Assembly (NCBI GenBank): GCA_904063045.1
Contig: CAJFCJ010000019.1
Location: 1,044,570 to 1,108,569, forward strand
Source of the DNA: Dimorphilus gyrociliatus
Taxonomy: Eukaryota > Animalia > Annelida
Reading direction: 5' to 3'
DNA length: 64,000 nt
A program made the translations under genes and the position numbers. The notes under the pieces were generated by a model, which worked only from the letters and a program-made list of their open reading frames with translations, was not told where the DNA came from and searched no databases. Of the stretch, positions 36,795-50,000 are shown one piece after another. Numbering within the stretch: position 1 is the stretch's first letter; every line of letters starts with the position of its first letter.

Positions 36795-39700
36795 TTAGTG
36801 CTTTGTTTTAGATTTCTTGAATTTCTTTTTATGCTTCTTATCAGAGTTTTCTTCAACTTTTCTCTTACTCTTTTCAAATTTCCTACAAAATAGATCAAAC
36901 CATATTACTTTCTAAATTTTTATGCATTGTATACTACTGACCCCTTAACGGATAAGATACCACCAGATTTGGCGGCTTTTTCCATTGCGTCATTCATCCA
37001 TTCGTCCTCTTTTGTAGCAATATGAAATTCTTTCAAGTCGCTTTGTAATAGTTCTTTATCTTCTTCAGTTACCTTTTTATCTTCTATAGTTTCATCTTCT
37101 ATTTTATATTCTTTTTCCAAGGTTTCGTGTAAACTTTTAACGATCTTCTTTACAACACGAGCAAACAGACCTAGGACTTGAGAACCGGGTATTTTTAATT
37201 CCTTTTCTAAATCATCAACTTTCTTGTATTGTAAACCCATGCCAACGAGAATAGCTGATTGTAAACTATTTAATCCAGATATAACAAGCTTATTCTGAAT
37301 GTGTAATCTTGATAGAGCTGGTAATAAATCTGTTATAAGGTGGTAATCAGCCAAATTTCTTGAATAGGTTTCTAATCGACCAAGATCATGAGAAGTTACA
37401 TAATATTCCAATTCATTTTTTGGCAATTTTTTCTGTTCTATTTTAGTTTTCCTTTGAAGGATATTCAAAGCCATAGAACATGTAAATTTTCTAAAATCAT
37501 ATCCAAGTAAACAAATGAAACGTTTTTGGAAATCTAAAATAGTTAAATGAAAAGTAAAGACAAAATCTTGTACAGAAAATGAATTGGCTTACCTAAGAAA
37601 TATTGGTCTAACCATATCGAGGACTTCTCTTCAGCAAGTTCCAATACTTTCAACATTATACAGGAATGTTCACCAGTTAGTTCATTCTAAATATAATTAT
37701 GAATGAAATACAGAAACTCTTGGTACGGTTTTTTACTCATACTTACAGAAGTTTGTCTTATGTAAACTGGAGCAAATCCACTCTTCTTCCAAAATCTATA
37801 CAATTCGGATGTGATTCCAAAAGACACCCCTAAGTAATCCAACTTTTCCGCTTTTCTTTCACTTAATTCGGCTAATAGAGGCTTCAGCTTTTTCTTAGGA
37901 GCTAAAGTTTCTTCCTGTAAAATTATGTCAGCACTGTCATCCATATCATTATCTGAACCTTCCACATCTTCATTCTTATCGCTGTCTTCACATGGATCGT
38001 CAAGAGATGTAAAGGACCCTTTGTAATATAACTCTAAGAGTTGTAAAGCTCTTGTACCGTATCCCATCTTTTGGTAACTCGGGTGGGTAGCTATTCTTAC
38101 AACTCGTGCTCCAGATAGTAATGGGAAATTTTCGTCTGTAAATTGTTGAGATATGGTCCAGGGAATTAAATCACCAGAAGGCCGATCGCCTCTCCTCAAA
38201 GTATTCAAGGCAACCTTTTTCGAAATATCTCCTTCTAAGCATACTTGCAAAACGCATAAAATTTCTGGAATAGCCCCTTTATTCTTTGTTGGTGGTAAAA
38301 GAACAAAGATATGATGAGCTGGGGCATCTGAGAGTAATTGCAAATCATTAGGAGAATTTTTGTAGTGGCTTGACACATATAAAGCCATCAATCGATGAAG
38401 AAACGCTTCAGAAGCCTTATGATAACTGAATAAAGTATCGCGGTTGACATAATATAGATTACAAGCTTCTGGTAGAGGACATCCGGAAAGGATAGGTGCT
38501 ACATTTGATGCATCCAAGCAAAGTAAATTATTCAACCATCCTTCAATAGGGTCAGCATTTGCATAACGAATACTCTCATTTAATTCGATTTCTGTCAGCT
38601 TCCTTGCACCTACTTCTTCAGTATTCCCAGTTCTCAACTGATTAATTAATTTTAAGGAAAGTGAACGACCAGTACCCTCATAACCGTTTATTGTTGATGA
38701 GAGTAAAACTAAATAAGGACCCAACATATCCTTTACCAATGGAAGAGGGATGGCGGCTGCCTCATCAATAGCCACCAATTCAGCCTGACTGAGTTTATGA
38801 GCATCCGTTGGGTGAATATACTGAATTGTTTGACGATGTTCTCGAGTTACATTAATTCGTACTATTGCTTTGTTTAAATCTGGGTTTGTCGATTCGATTA
38901 ATTCATAGTCGGTGTGTTCTTCATATTTTAGAGCATCAAAACCTTTCAAGACGAACTGAAACAAAGTTTTTAGATTCTCGGGGGAAGGAGCAGTTACGAA
39001 AATATTAGAGTAGCCGTACGCAACAGCTGTGGCGAGAGATAATCCTAAAGCTGCTGACTTTCCTCGACCTCTTGCTGCGGTCATTGTTACAGTATTTTTT
39101 AGAGTTTTCTCACAGATTGCATCGATGAATTTTAAGACAGATTTTGCTTGATCCAGTGTCTTACAGCAATTTACAATAGCGGAAACATGAGGTGTGTCAG
39201 ACATAGAACTTTTTAATTCTTTAAGTTCCTCATTTTCTGCTATTGGTTGGGGAGGAATTGCTTCTATGTTAAGAGTGTGCAATGAGATAGGTAGAATATT
39301 TAAATCATCATCAACAACCATGCAATTTTGGCATGAACCTAAGGAAAGTATAAAGCGCTCATTAAATCGACCAACAACATCTTGATGAGCATCGGTTCTA
39401 AACCTTGCGTGAACATCCATTGTCATTGAGTATAATTGCTTTAGAGACTTAACACTTTTCATGAGGAAAACTATTAAACCTCCTCCTTCTACCGTTTCAA
39501 TTGTTCTAGCCATTAAATTTGGACTTATTGCTTCAAAATCTTGTAGAATACACATACCATAAGTGTTACCTAGGACTTTATGCGTTTCATTGTAATAACA
39601 ATAGCGGATATTTGTAGCCGCAACAAACAATTCAAAAGGATCATCCTCTTTAACATCCAATTTTCCACTTCTTATCTTTTTCTGAATTTGCTTCATTCGC

Positions 39701-39912
39701 TTTTTACGATGACTACTGAATCCTAAATCTTTCTTGTAGCACCATAGAACTGATGGGCGAGCTTTTATGACCGATTTCGATAACATATGATGCAAAATAA
39801 CAACTTGATCCTTCGCTTTATCACCAACAATAACGAACATAGACCGATGTCCCGTTCTAACTCCATTTTCAATAAGAACTCGAATGCGGTTGTCTAATTT
39901 TTTGCGAACCAT
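36795..39912 (-). CDS. NAT10: RNA cytidine acetyltransferase, 4 coding exons, about 979 aa
   Basis: Exons 39912-37747, 37686-37593, 37533-36942, 36882-36795 in frame. MVRKKLDNRIR start, Walker A ARGRGKS, DEAAAIP, acetyl-CoA motif QKMGYG, NELTGEHSC, Lys-rich tail. A 5'UTR intron (40068-39913) ends immediately before the ATG. Confidence 0.97.
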
Positions 39913-40142
39913 CTGACCGATAAAGTAGGTAATGAAAATATGAGTTAAAATCTTATAATTTTGTCAAACAAGTACATTAAAATTAAGAGAAATATTAACT
40001 TTGAGGTGAAAGTTGTTAAATTGAGCCGAATTTAATAGCAAAAATTAACAATTACTACTAAAACTTACGTTTATGAACTTCTCACGTGCGTGAAGTTGTG
40101 CAAAATTTACACAATATCATTGGTCTTTCTACAAAACTGGTA

Positions 40143-41287
40143 ATGTCTCAAAACATCAATTGGGAAGAACTTATCTCTACAACTCTTGTTAACTTTATCG
40201 AGCAAGTTAGTTTATTCTGCTATGCATAGAATTCTTTATTTAAAAATGAAATCACATATTTCATTTCTTTCTATGGTCTATTTGTTTCAAAAATTTCAAT
40301 AATTTCATAATTTGTTCCATTATCGCTCATGTTCAGTCTCAGCTCTACAAACCAGAAGATATTGAGTATCTTCACAAAGTGACATGTAATGATTCATCGA
40401 GTGCATCTTTATTATTATTACGTTTGAAGCATTTGGTGCAATCCTTAAGCGTTGGTATTCATTAATATTTTAATAACATACGTATACTATTAATGACTCG
40501 TTAATCTTCCTTAGTCTATTGTAAGAGACCTCGAAACAAACTCTTCTGCAGCAGTTCACTTGAATAATTCATACATGGAAGTAAGAGGAGCCGTTTTATT
40601 AAATTTTAATGGATATCTATTCTATAATTTGCTTTTTCAGATGAAACAGAAAATTGATGAATTCATTAAAAGTAAACGTCGAAAAGTGAATTTATTAAAT
40701 CGTAAAGAATTTTGTGACACCGAAAGTGAAGAGAATCAAGGTAAATTTCAGTGATTTTTGTTAAGAAATTAACAATATTGTCACTTTATTCGATTTAATA
40801 AAAATATATTGTTAATTCAGATGGATGTGCAAGGACATGTTCTATAGTAAAAAAACTAGAAAATAATAAAAGTCATATAAAAGGTAATTAATTCTTCTCT
40901 TTATATTGTTTGTTGATAATTCTTTCATCAGTTGAACGCGTTTACAATGAAATTGGTCCTCAAAATATTCACTCTGACCGCGAGAAAGAAATGTATAATC
41001 AGGAATCGGAAAAGAATACACTATTAGAAAGAATTGAAAATATGGAGAATCAATTATTATTATTCAACGATAAGAGGAGATCGTGCCATATTTACGAAAG
41101 AATTCAAGATTTAGAAAGCAGAATTGTTAAACTAGAAGAGACAAATCCAGAATATAGAGTTCTATTAAAAGAAGAATGTAGTACATGTTTAAATAATCGA
41201 AAAAAAAACTTTTTGGATAAACAAGAATTATTAAAAGAAATTGATGAAAGAATAAATAGTTTAAAAGATAAAATTAGTTCAGACTAA
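40143..41287 (+). CDS. MBIP: MAP3K12-binding inhibitory protein (ATAC complex subunit) homolog, 6 exons, 253 aa
   Basis: Exons 40143-40205, 40337-40450, 40515-40580, 40641-40740, 40821-40883, 40932-41287 in frame. KIDEFIKSKRRKVNLLNRKEFC, GCART, SHIKVERVYNEIGPQ, ERIENME, IYERIQDLESRIVKLEETNPEY parallel the conserved MBIP C-terminus. Confidence 0.85.
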
Positions 41288-42112
41288 TTAACAACTACTG
41301 TAAATATTGTATATAGTTATAAATATCATTTTATTTTTTATACAAAATATTAGTCTAGTTTCTATAAATCTTATTTATTCTATTAAAATTGTATTTTACT
41401 GTTTTCTATTATATTTTAGAAAAGACTTTGTTTTTTTTAAAATAACCTTTGTTTTTTATTATTTTACGATTTTCCCCTCATAAACGTGTCACCGTTAAAA
41501 TGATTTTTATAGTTCAACTCGAATTCTGGCTATAAATTTGTAAAAACAATTATTTACTTAAAATAAAAGATTATATTGAATAGAACTGTATTACAAGAAC
41601 GGAAAGTTACAATTACAGGATCACATCAACTGCAATTTGCTATATTCTCTCTGACAATTCAACAATCAACAGAAAGATATTGTTTCTTTTTATAAATAGG
41701 GTATTTGGGCATGATTGTATTGCTAAATCGATACTTTATTTGCTTATTTGGTCGACTTTGTCTATAAGTATAGATTATGTATACCGATTTAACTTGTCTT
41801 ATTTAATTATTGTACTTATTCGTATTGAGAGCGAATAGAAAACAAACAAGAACATATTAATATATAGGCTATGAACTTTTAGTAACGAGAAGAAGATAGC
41901 TTGAGATAAAAGTCGATAAACTTGTATTTCACTTTCTATAAAATATATATAATTACACTAAGAAATATATTAATAAGTTTTGTTAAACAGAACACTTAAA
42001 ATGCACCTGATAGAAATTCCCCCAATTAGAGAGAAATAAATGAAAAAAAAGTTAAAATATTAAAAAAAACATGTATAAAATGAACACAACTTTCATCAAG
42101 AATAAAAAATAA

Positions 42113-45100
42113 TCAATGCTTTTTCGGTGTTGAGAATGGGTCTCTTGTAACATTTTCATAAAATCTTCCTTCAATAGTGTTACTTGGGTAAAATACTTCA
42201 AAGAAAACAATTTTCCTTGGTGGTTTAAGAGTTTCACTATTTAAAAACAAAAGTAAATTAATAAAATAGAGATAGGATGTCAATCAAAATAAGAATTAGT
42301 GCAATTTTTATCAAATAAACTTTAATTAGGGCAAAAAGAAGGAATCGATGAAACTACAGCAATTGCAAAATATTTGAGATACTAAGGCCAAGTATCTGCA
42401 TTCCAATTTTTTTAGAGTTACGTGACATCAAATTCATGAGTAAGAGGATAAAATGACGCTTTAATGTTGTCCAAAGGTTTAAAAAATGTCCACCTTATTT
42501 TATATTTTTCATTATACTTCCTGAGTTTCCTACTTAATAAAGTACTCGAGAAAAACTAATTAACCTAATTAAGATAGATATTTAGACGATTAATCTTCAC
42601 CTGTCCTACATTTTGAACTAAAGTAATAACCTAAATCTCTATTTTAGTAACAACTAAATATATATTTAATTATAAATATGGTTGTATCCTAATACAAACT
42701 ACAAGTCTGTTTACTAAATAATAATTATCTGATATCCGAGAGAGCTGTATCAAGTTTTTTTATGAATATATATTAAGGATTTCAAAGTAAATTAAGCTAT
42801 AATTAGAACAAAACTCATCTTGTTATTTGCTAATAAATCAGACAACTAAAAATTAAGCTGAACCACTAGAGAAAAATTATTTGTCGTACTATGCCAAAAC
42901 AAGTAAAATATCATTTTAAATTCGCCTATAATCCCTAACAATATTAGTATAAATATATTTGCATCATTTATTAGAAATGAAAAGCTTTAAATTTCTATTA
43001 ATAAATTAGTTACTTTTCCAAGCAACATCATACGCAGATTTTTTTTTACCTAAATTCACTTGTTACATTAATAATATAATGTCAAAGTAAAATATTACCT
43101 GAAGAACTCGTTGAGGAAATTAATACAATCACGCTTAAGGCGTTCGAAAAGAGTCATTTTCTTGTTCTGTTTTTTCTCATTCATTTTCTTCAGAGTCTAT
43201 AGTAGGATAACAATGTAAGAAAGTATGATTCAAAGGTCATAAATAGAAAATTTTCTAATTAACCTGTTTCAGTGCGCTTAAGCTAGTTTTTTCTGGGAGA
43301 ATAAGCTCATTATCATTTTCATCTTGTTCCTGTTTGTCTGTTTCTTCTGCAGTTTCTATAGAAAAAGTAAGAAATTTACAATTAAAGCTAAAAATAAACA
43401 AGAGAGACAAAAGCTATTAGTATAGCTTAAGCTTTATAGATTTTGTAGTATATAATCCATGCTATATGTACATATCACTCTGAATTTGAAATTGAACATA
43501 CCCTCACTATTGTTCACTTTCGATAAGAAATTGTCAAGTGTTTCTAAAGCATCAGTTAAATTTGATCCTTCAAGTATTGATATGCATTCACTGAGAATAA
43601 TCGATAATTGCACCTTTGAAAAAGAACTTTAGAGAAAATGATTAGTTTGTTTGCAGCACTATTATGCACAATTTATTGGTACCTAATCACTTTTAAACTA
43701 TCTTCGAACTCCTCCTTTTGCGTGATGTTTGTCTTTAAGCAGTTAACGTAAATATCTCTCAAGTTTCTTCCCAAAGAACATTGGGGTATTCTACTAAAAA
43801 ATGCATTAAGGCACTTTAAACCTATTTCAAAGTTAACTTGGTAAACGTAAAATTCTTCCATAAGTGCAGATATTAGATCCTAACAAAATTAAATTGATTA
43901 TAGAATAATATAGAATTAGTTATGATTATCGCTCTTACTTTAAGTTTTATGGTATCTTTCAATATTGATTCCCTCTCATCAGCTACTAAGTTGTTCAAGT
44001 AACTATATTGAAGGAAAGAAGTAATATACTAGGAATTCGACAATCATTAATTTTTTTACTCTAAGTTAAATAAGATAAAAGTCACGTACCTTTGAAATGA
44101 TTTTACTTTAATAAGAATTTGAAGATCAGATTTTTTAGCGCTTTTTATCTTACTTTTGACTCGATCCAAAGATTGACAGTATGTACTTAATTCATTACAA
44201 AAATAATGTTGAAGTACAACAAACTATTAAATTTAAGAGGATTTTTGTTTTAAATAAGTGCTTTTCTTATAGAATATCTTTGCGAACCTTTAACATCAAC
44301 TCGAAGTTTTTAACCGAGAAATTATGAGATAAGAAGTCATCCATCATTAACCGGAATGTTTTATAGGGCAGCTTTATTGGGAAATCCGGATTAAGTATAA
44401 CCTATTAAATTAAATACATAATTCTCAGTATTTTTCTTATCTATAACGATAAGATTAATGATTGAATTAAATTACTCTTTTTATAATTTCCAATAAATGA
44501 TCACAAGGTGTTGGTGCGTAATACGTTTCTATGCTCATTAAAGAAGTTACGGATTGAGAGAGGGATTTATGAATTGTGGTAATTGCTGTTGACAATCCCA
44601 AGATTAAAACAACGGGGATTTGATGAGAATATGCGCTGCAGAAGATGATATTTTTATATAATAATGCCTAAATCCTTTTTAATATTTACCTGCTGAGTGT
44701 AACAAAGTCTTCTAGAATAGTCGATGGAAAATTGTGCATATCGGGTACAACAACAATAACAGGCGATTTGCTCTATAAATAAATAAATAAAGAATATATA
44801 TATATATATATATACCGTAAATGATGTTTGTAAGAAGCCTTAAAAAAAAAGCCTAAAATAGCAGCATGATGTTATTAACCTCAGTTTCTTCATACCACTT
44901 CACAAGACTACCAAAAGTAGCTCTTGATGCAGATAACTTCATAAAGGATTTATTAGTTTCCGTATTCTCATCGTCTGAGTTTTCAACTATCGTATCGTCT
45001 TCTTCAGTTAAGCACTCCAGCAGATCCTTATAAAATTGTCCCGTATTTGATATGTTTCTAGATATTGCTGCTACAAATGAAGTAGTATTTGACTTTAGAA

Positions 45101-45945
45101 TCTCCTTTTTTAGGTTGAGTATAATCGATTCATGTTCACTTGTATTAGTTCCTGAAAAGCGGCAGACCAAAATAATAACTTTCTTATATCCGGTTTATAA
45201 GTAAAAAAAGAACACTAAGCGTCTGCACTTACCCATAACGAATCCTATTGTTGGCACTTCTATATCATTGAATTTTTCAGCTCCAGATTTACCAATAAAA
45301 TCCAATATGTCACGGTAAACGTTAGATAATAACTCCTTTTGTATAGTCTAAAGAAAAAGTCAGTTTTTTTATTGTATAAGTGATATTTAGTCAAATATAT
45401 TTTATATAATTTCTTCTTACAGCAATCTTATTTTCCATTTCATTACATAAAATTTCTCCATATTCAATCCTGTTTTTGTTGTTTGGACTGGAAAATTCTG
45501 TATTGTAACAAATTTGGAAAAGTTAATCTTTTTTTAATAAAAGATAAATATGATCCTAGAGTGAAAGAGTACAACTTAATCTGTGATAATCAGACTAATA
45601 GTCTATCAATTCTATAGTATCAAATATTTATGATTTTTAAAGCAAAGCATTAGTTTTGGTATCTATTTTTAGCCAGTTAATCTAAAAAATTTTAAGTATA
45701 CAAATCGGTTTGATAGTAAGCTATGTAATTCATACCATGTGTTATAGTTTTTCGTGTGCCTTGAAAAGCGAATATACCCTGTAAATGACTTAAATATTCA
45801 CAAAATTCTATTCCACATAAATTAGTTTATAAATCATATAGTCTATTATAATGTAGTATAATTGAGCTTATTACTGATTAGACTCGTCCATATCTGTAAA
45901 TACTTTATAGTAAGTTACCTTGGATATAGAGTACTGATCTTCCAT
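42113..45945 (-). CDS. ORC3: Origin recognition complex subunit 3, 15 exons, about 574 aa as modelled (C-terminus apparently short)
   Basis: Exons 45945-45919, 45778-45736, 45497-45421, 45347-45233, 45151-44880, 44772-44690, 44635-44476, 44401-44288, 44223-44090, 44002-43939, 43879-43683, 43626-43502, 43355-43264, 43196-43099, 42236-42113, all GT-AG and in frame. SISKGIFAF, EVPTIGFVMGTN, PIIVVVPDMHNF, IPVVLILGLSTA, FLSHNFSVKNF, LGRNLRDIYVNCL, LKPP...FEVFY match ORC3. Confidence 0.88.
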
Positions 45946-46317
45946 TTTCTCAACGTTCGGACGCTAATCTATTTTAAGGCTTTTTTCTGTAAATAATATG
46001 GGTAGTAAGTAAAGCCTATTGAAAGATAATTTTATGCAAATCGTTTAAGTTGGTCTAAATTGGTTTGCTTAGAATAAGAAAAGTTATCTTTAGCTCTTGA
46101 TTGTCATATAACCTCTGACTAAATTTTGCATTCATAATCATGATTTTAGTAATACATGTAATTTTTAGCATTAGCTTATATGGTATTTTTTATGAAAAAT
46201 AAACAGTATCTCGAAGTGTGCTACTAGCTGTTTTATATATAATTAAGTTTGGCTCGAGTCCAAAGCAACGAAAATTGAGAACATATTGAAAGAGGAACTA
46301 TTTGTTTTTACAAACTC

Positions 46318-46326
46318 TTTTCGCGC
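46318..46326. promoter_or_regulatory. Consensus E2F site upstream of ORC3
   Basis: TTTTCGCGC about 370 bp upstream of the ORC3 ATG, which is itself preceded by a 5'UTR acceptor near 45987. Confidence 0.5.
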
Positions 46327-46809
46327 ACTCAAATTAGTTTATTAAGAACTTTTAGAGAAGTTTAATACTTCATTGTCACAATTACCTTTTTAAAAGTAAA
46401 TTTGATGTCTTGATAGTGTTAAAAGTTTAATTATAACATTCGTAGCCCGATTATCGCACAATTTGACTAACGTGCTTTTTAACTAGTAAAAAGGAAATTT
46501 AATGATCGAATAGTAAAATTAAGTGTAAATTTTATTAATTTGCTTTAAATTCTTTTCATTAAATTTAAGAAGAATTATTTTGATATAACTTTTATGATAA
46601 GATACGAGTGAGAACTTCTTTCTTAACTTTGTTCGTTTTAATTCAAACAAAAGTAACATAACTTTTAAACTTGAGTAGTATAATATTTAAAAATGTTAAT
46701 AAAATAAGTCATAATCAATCAAGTATATTTTCTTCAATGGGATTAAACATTAATTTCAAGTATGGTTGACCTTGTAATAAATATTGAAATTTGCTGATCC
46801 TTGGTAGTA

Positions 46810-46887
46810 AGGGCGGGGGTTCTTAATACTCGATCAAATTAGGCTTGATACTCCCTATAAATGTTCGTGGAAACGGAAATGACGTCA
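46810..46887 (+). promoter_or_regulatory. TNRC6 promoter: GC box plus ETS-CRE composite
   Basis: AGGGCGGGG near 46810 and CGGAAATGACGTCA at 46874-46887, directly upstream of the leader exon that ends at donor 47040. Confidence 0.5.
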
Positions 46888-47096
46888 GGTGGGATACGCA
46901 TTCTGTGACCGCTTTTCGAGAAAGAATTCGGTAACAATCCGGGTACCTAGCAGGCAGACAATAACCAAAATGGCTATCAAGACAAAATGAAACAATCTAC
47001 AGTAGTCGATTTTGCTAAGAATCGGCACCATTGAGTATTGTAAGTGCCTGACTTTTAATGGTTTTACTCGAACTTCATCTATGAAGAGTTTTAAGC

Positions 47097-50000
47097 ATGT
47101 CGCAAACGGGCATATCGTTGAGCGACTCGAATTATACTAATTCTGTTGCGAATAAAGGCGCATCGGAATCGGCGACTTTTCACTGTGATAATAGTTCGTC
47201 GCTAGAAAAGAAAAACGCGATTATAGTCGATCGAAAAGACGAAAATGCGTGGCCTGCTGTGAACAGTAGACGATTCAATTCCGAAGTAAGTAGCCCCGTT
47301 ATACATCTATTAAGCGGCAGCCATATTTGACTGTATTTATTATCATTTAACCACAGGAATCAATGTCTAACGCGCATCAAATGCATACTGAGCGTGAAAA
47401 CGCATGGAGTAATCCGTCCTCATCTGTTGTCCAATCGCCCTCCAAGTCTTCTTGGCCTTGCACGAGTTCTACATGGGCACAACCGTCCAGCAGCCAGTGG
47501 GACAAACCTGCAGATTCCGTTTCCAAGGCTGAATCAGGCTCATGGGGATCTCCTGGTCCCAGTCCGAGACCGGATAAAGCTGATTGGGGTGGGGAAAAAG
47601 CTTGGGGTCAGCCGTCCGGCGAAAGAAGTTCGTGGGGATCTCATGGTAATGGCCACTCAAACAGCGGAAGACAATCTACTTGGAATCAAGGTAACGGCGG
47701 TAACACAAACTCCAATTGGGGTGACAAAGGAACTGGCAGTTGGGGAAGTAACAGCGGCGTCGAATCGCACTGGGACGACAAGGGCGTTCCAAGCTCCTCG
47801 TGGCCTGCTTCAAATGGCAATAGTTGCAGTAGTTCTAACAGTAGCCAGTCGTCTTGGACGGGAGGCGACAGCAGTTGGCCAAAGCCAAAACCGGCTTCGC
47901 CATCTTGTGAGAAGCCGTCAGAAGATATCGTCAGTAACCCCGACGGTTGGGGTAAATTGCCCGTGCGACAAGATGTCAAGTGGGAGGTTGATGTTAAAGC
48001 TCGTGCAGACAGCGCTCTTCCACCTGAATCCTCAAATCAGTGGCAAAATAATAACGGTACTGCTATTTGGGAGACTTGCAAAGCTGAAACCGTCGGTGCA
48101 TCTAGTACCGAAAGTGATAGTGCTCAAACTTGGAATGGTGCTTCTTCTCATCCTCCTCACCCAGCGCAAAGATCGAATAGTTGGGGACCGCAACAGCATA
48201 CTCAGCAATCCCAACACCAGTGGAATTCTGGTCGGTCAGACAGCGACTTAAGTATGTGGGGAGGCAGGGGAGGTGGACATGAAGGGGAAAACAGGGGAGG
48301 AAATAATAGAGATCCTCCAAGTGGAAGTGCTAATAATAGCAGTAGTGGTGGTAATACTGGCAATGACGATAATAATCAATGGTCCCGGAGACCTCAATGG
48401 AAAAGTGCACCAAATTCGTCTTGGGGTGGAAATGCACCAGCGCAATCAAATCCTTCATCAACGCCAAATAGGGGTAATGGAACGGGCAGCGGATGGGGAT
48501 CACCAAACGTACAGCGTAATGTTTCTAAGCCACCGAGCGTTTGGGAAAGTAGTGGATCCAAAGTTGAAACAGGTAACTGGGATGAGAATCAATGGGGTGA
48601 AGACTGGCAAGGCCCAGACTCAAGTAGGCGCTCTGAAATCGACAATGGGACGGCTTTATGGCATCAGCAATCGACGAATTCGAAGCCTACAGGAGGAAAC
48701 ACTGGAGGTGGAAGTGGAGGAGGCAATAGTGGAGGTGGAAGTGGAGGTGGAGGTGGTTGGGGTGAAAAGGATTGGACAACTCCAGCGCAGCAGACCAATG
48801 AAGAAAAAATGGGAATGCCAAGTCGAGGAGGTACAATTCAAAAGTTGGTTGAACAGGGATATTCAAAGGAAGCAGCTCAAAATGCTCTTATATCGAATAA
48901 TTTGGAAATGAGTGCCGCCTTAAGTGATTTAGCAAATAAACCTAAGGCGTCATCGATCGGTATGCCGCAAAATATGCTGCAGACAGACTTGCAGCGACTA
49001 GTCAACAATCGAATCTTACCGAATAGTGTACTGCAGTTTCCTACCGATGAAACTATGCTCAAACAGATCCAGACTCTACTTCAACTGCACCAAATACTGC
49101 AAAAATTGCAAAGTCAAAAGAAAGCGTATCAATCAACCAACGCCATCTCGCCTCAGGCGCAAATTAATATCCACCATATAGAACAAAATATACAGGACCT
49201 CAACAAGAAAATTTCCGAAGTTACAAGATCCATAAACAGTATCATTAATACCAAGACTATCCAGTCGTCAGCTTCCGCTCCAAAAGTAGGCTTACTCTTA
49301 TCGAACACCGACAATAACCCGTCGTCGTCTGATCTCTCCAACGATTTTTCTCAAATAAAGATTTCTCAAGCACAGCCGTATACTGCCCAGCCACCATTCC
49401 CCACTAGCCAATCGAAGCTGTCCATGTGGAAAGATTCAAAAGCCTCTAGTCAATCGGTAATGGCTCCGCCTGGCGGCATATCCATAACCGAAAGTACTTG
49501 GTCGACATGTTTGCCGAACACAATGACGCCCTCGTGGCCGAATTCCGAGCAGGGCGATAAGGACGATAAAGGATCAGCTTCTGGTAGCTCTGGAAATACA
49601 GTCATTCATGAATTTGTACCAGGTAAGCCATGGACAGGCTTTCGAAACCCTGAGGAGGACGACTATGCAACACCCGCCTCTATGTTACATCCGCTCTCTG
49701 TTAGCCATGTAAAGAATGAATACATCGAATCGACGCTTCAATCAGGTGCCGGATCTCACCGAAATACAGGTAAGACTAAAATAGGATCATCAATATATGT
49801 TTATCAATTTCTACAAAATAGGTATGCGTTTCCCTCAACCTGGTGGTGGTGGAATCATTTCTCGAGGATCAGCTGCTTCGGCAACATTCAACAGATCACA
49901 ATCGTGGGCAGGGACGGGAGCAGATCGGTCTTCATGGGAAGCACACAATCGCACCAACGTAGCAATCAAGAATTTACCGCCAGGTTTACAGGAACCTGCC

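Noticed and set aside
47394-48911. Long alternative-frame and antisense ORFs over TNRC6 (285 aa, 212 aa and others)
   Set aside because: Shadow ORFs of a Gly/Ser/Trp-rich coding exon.
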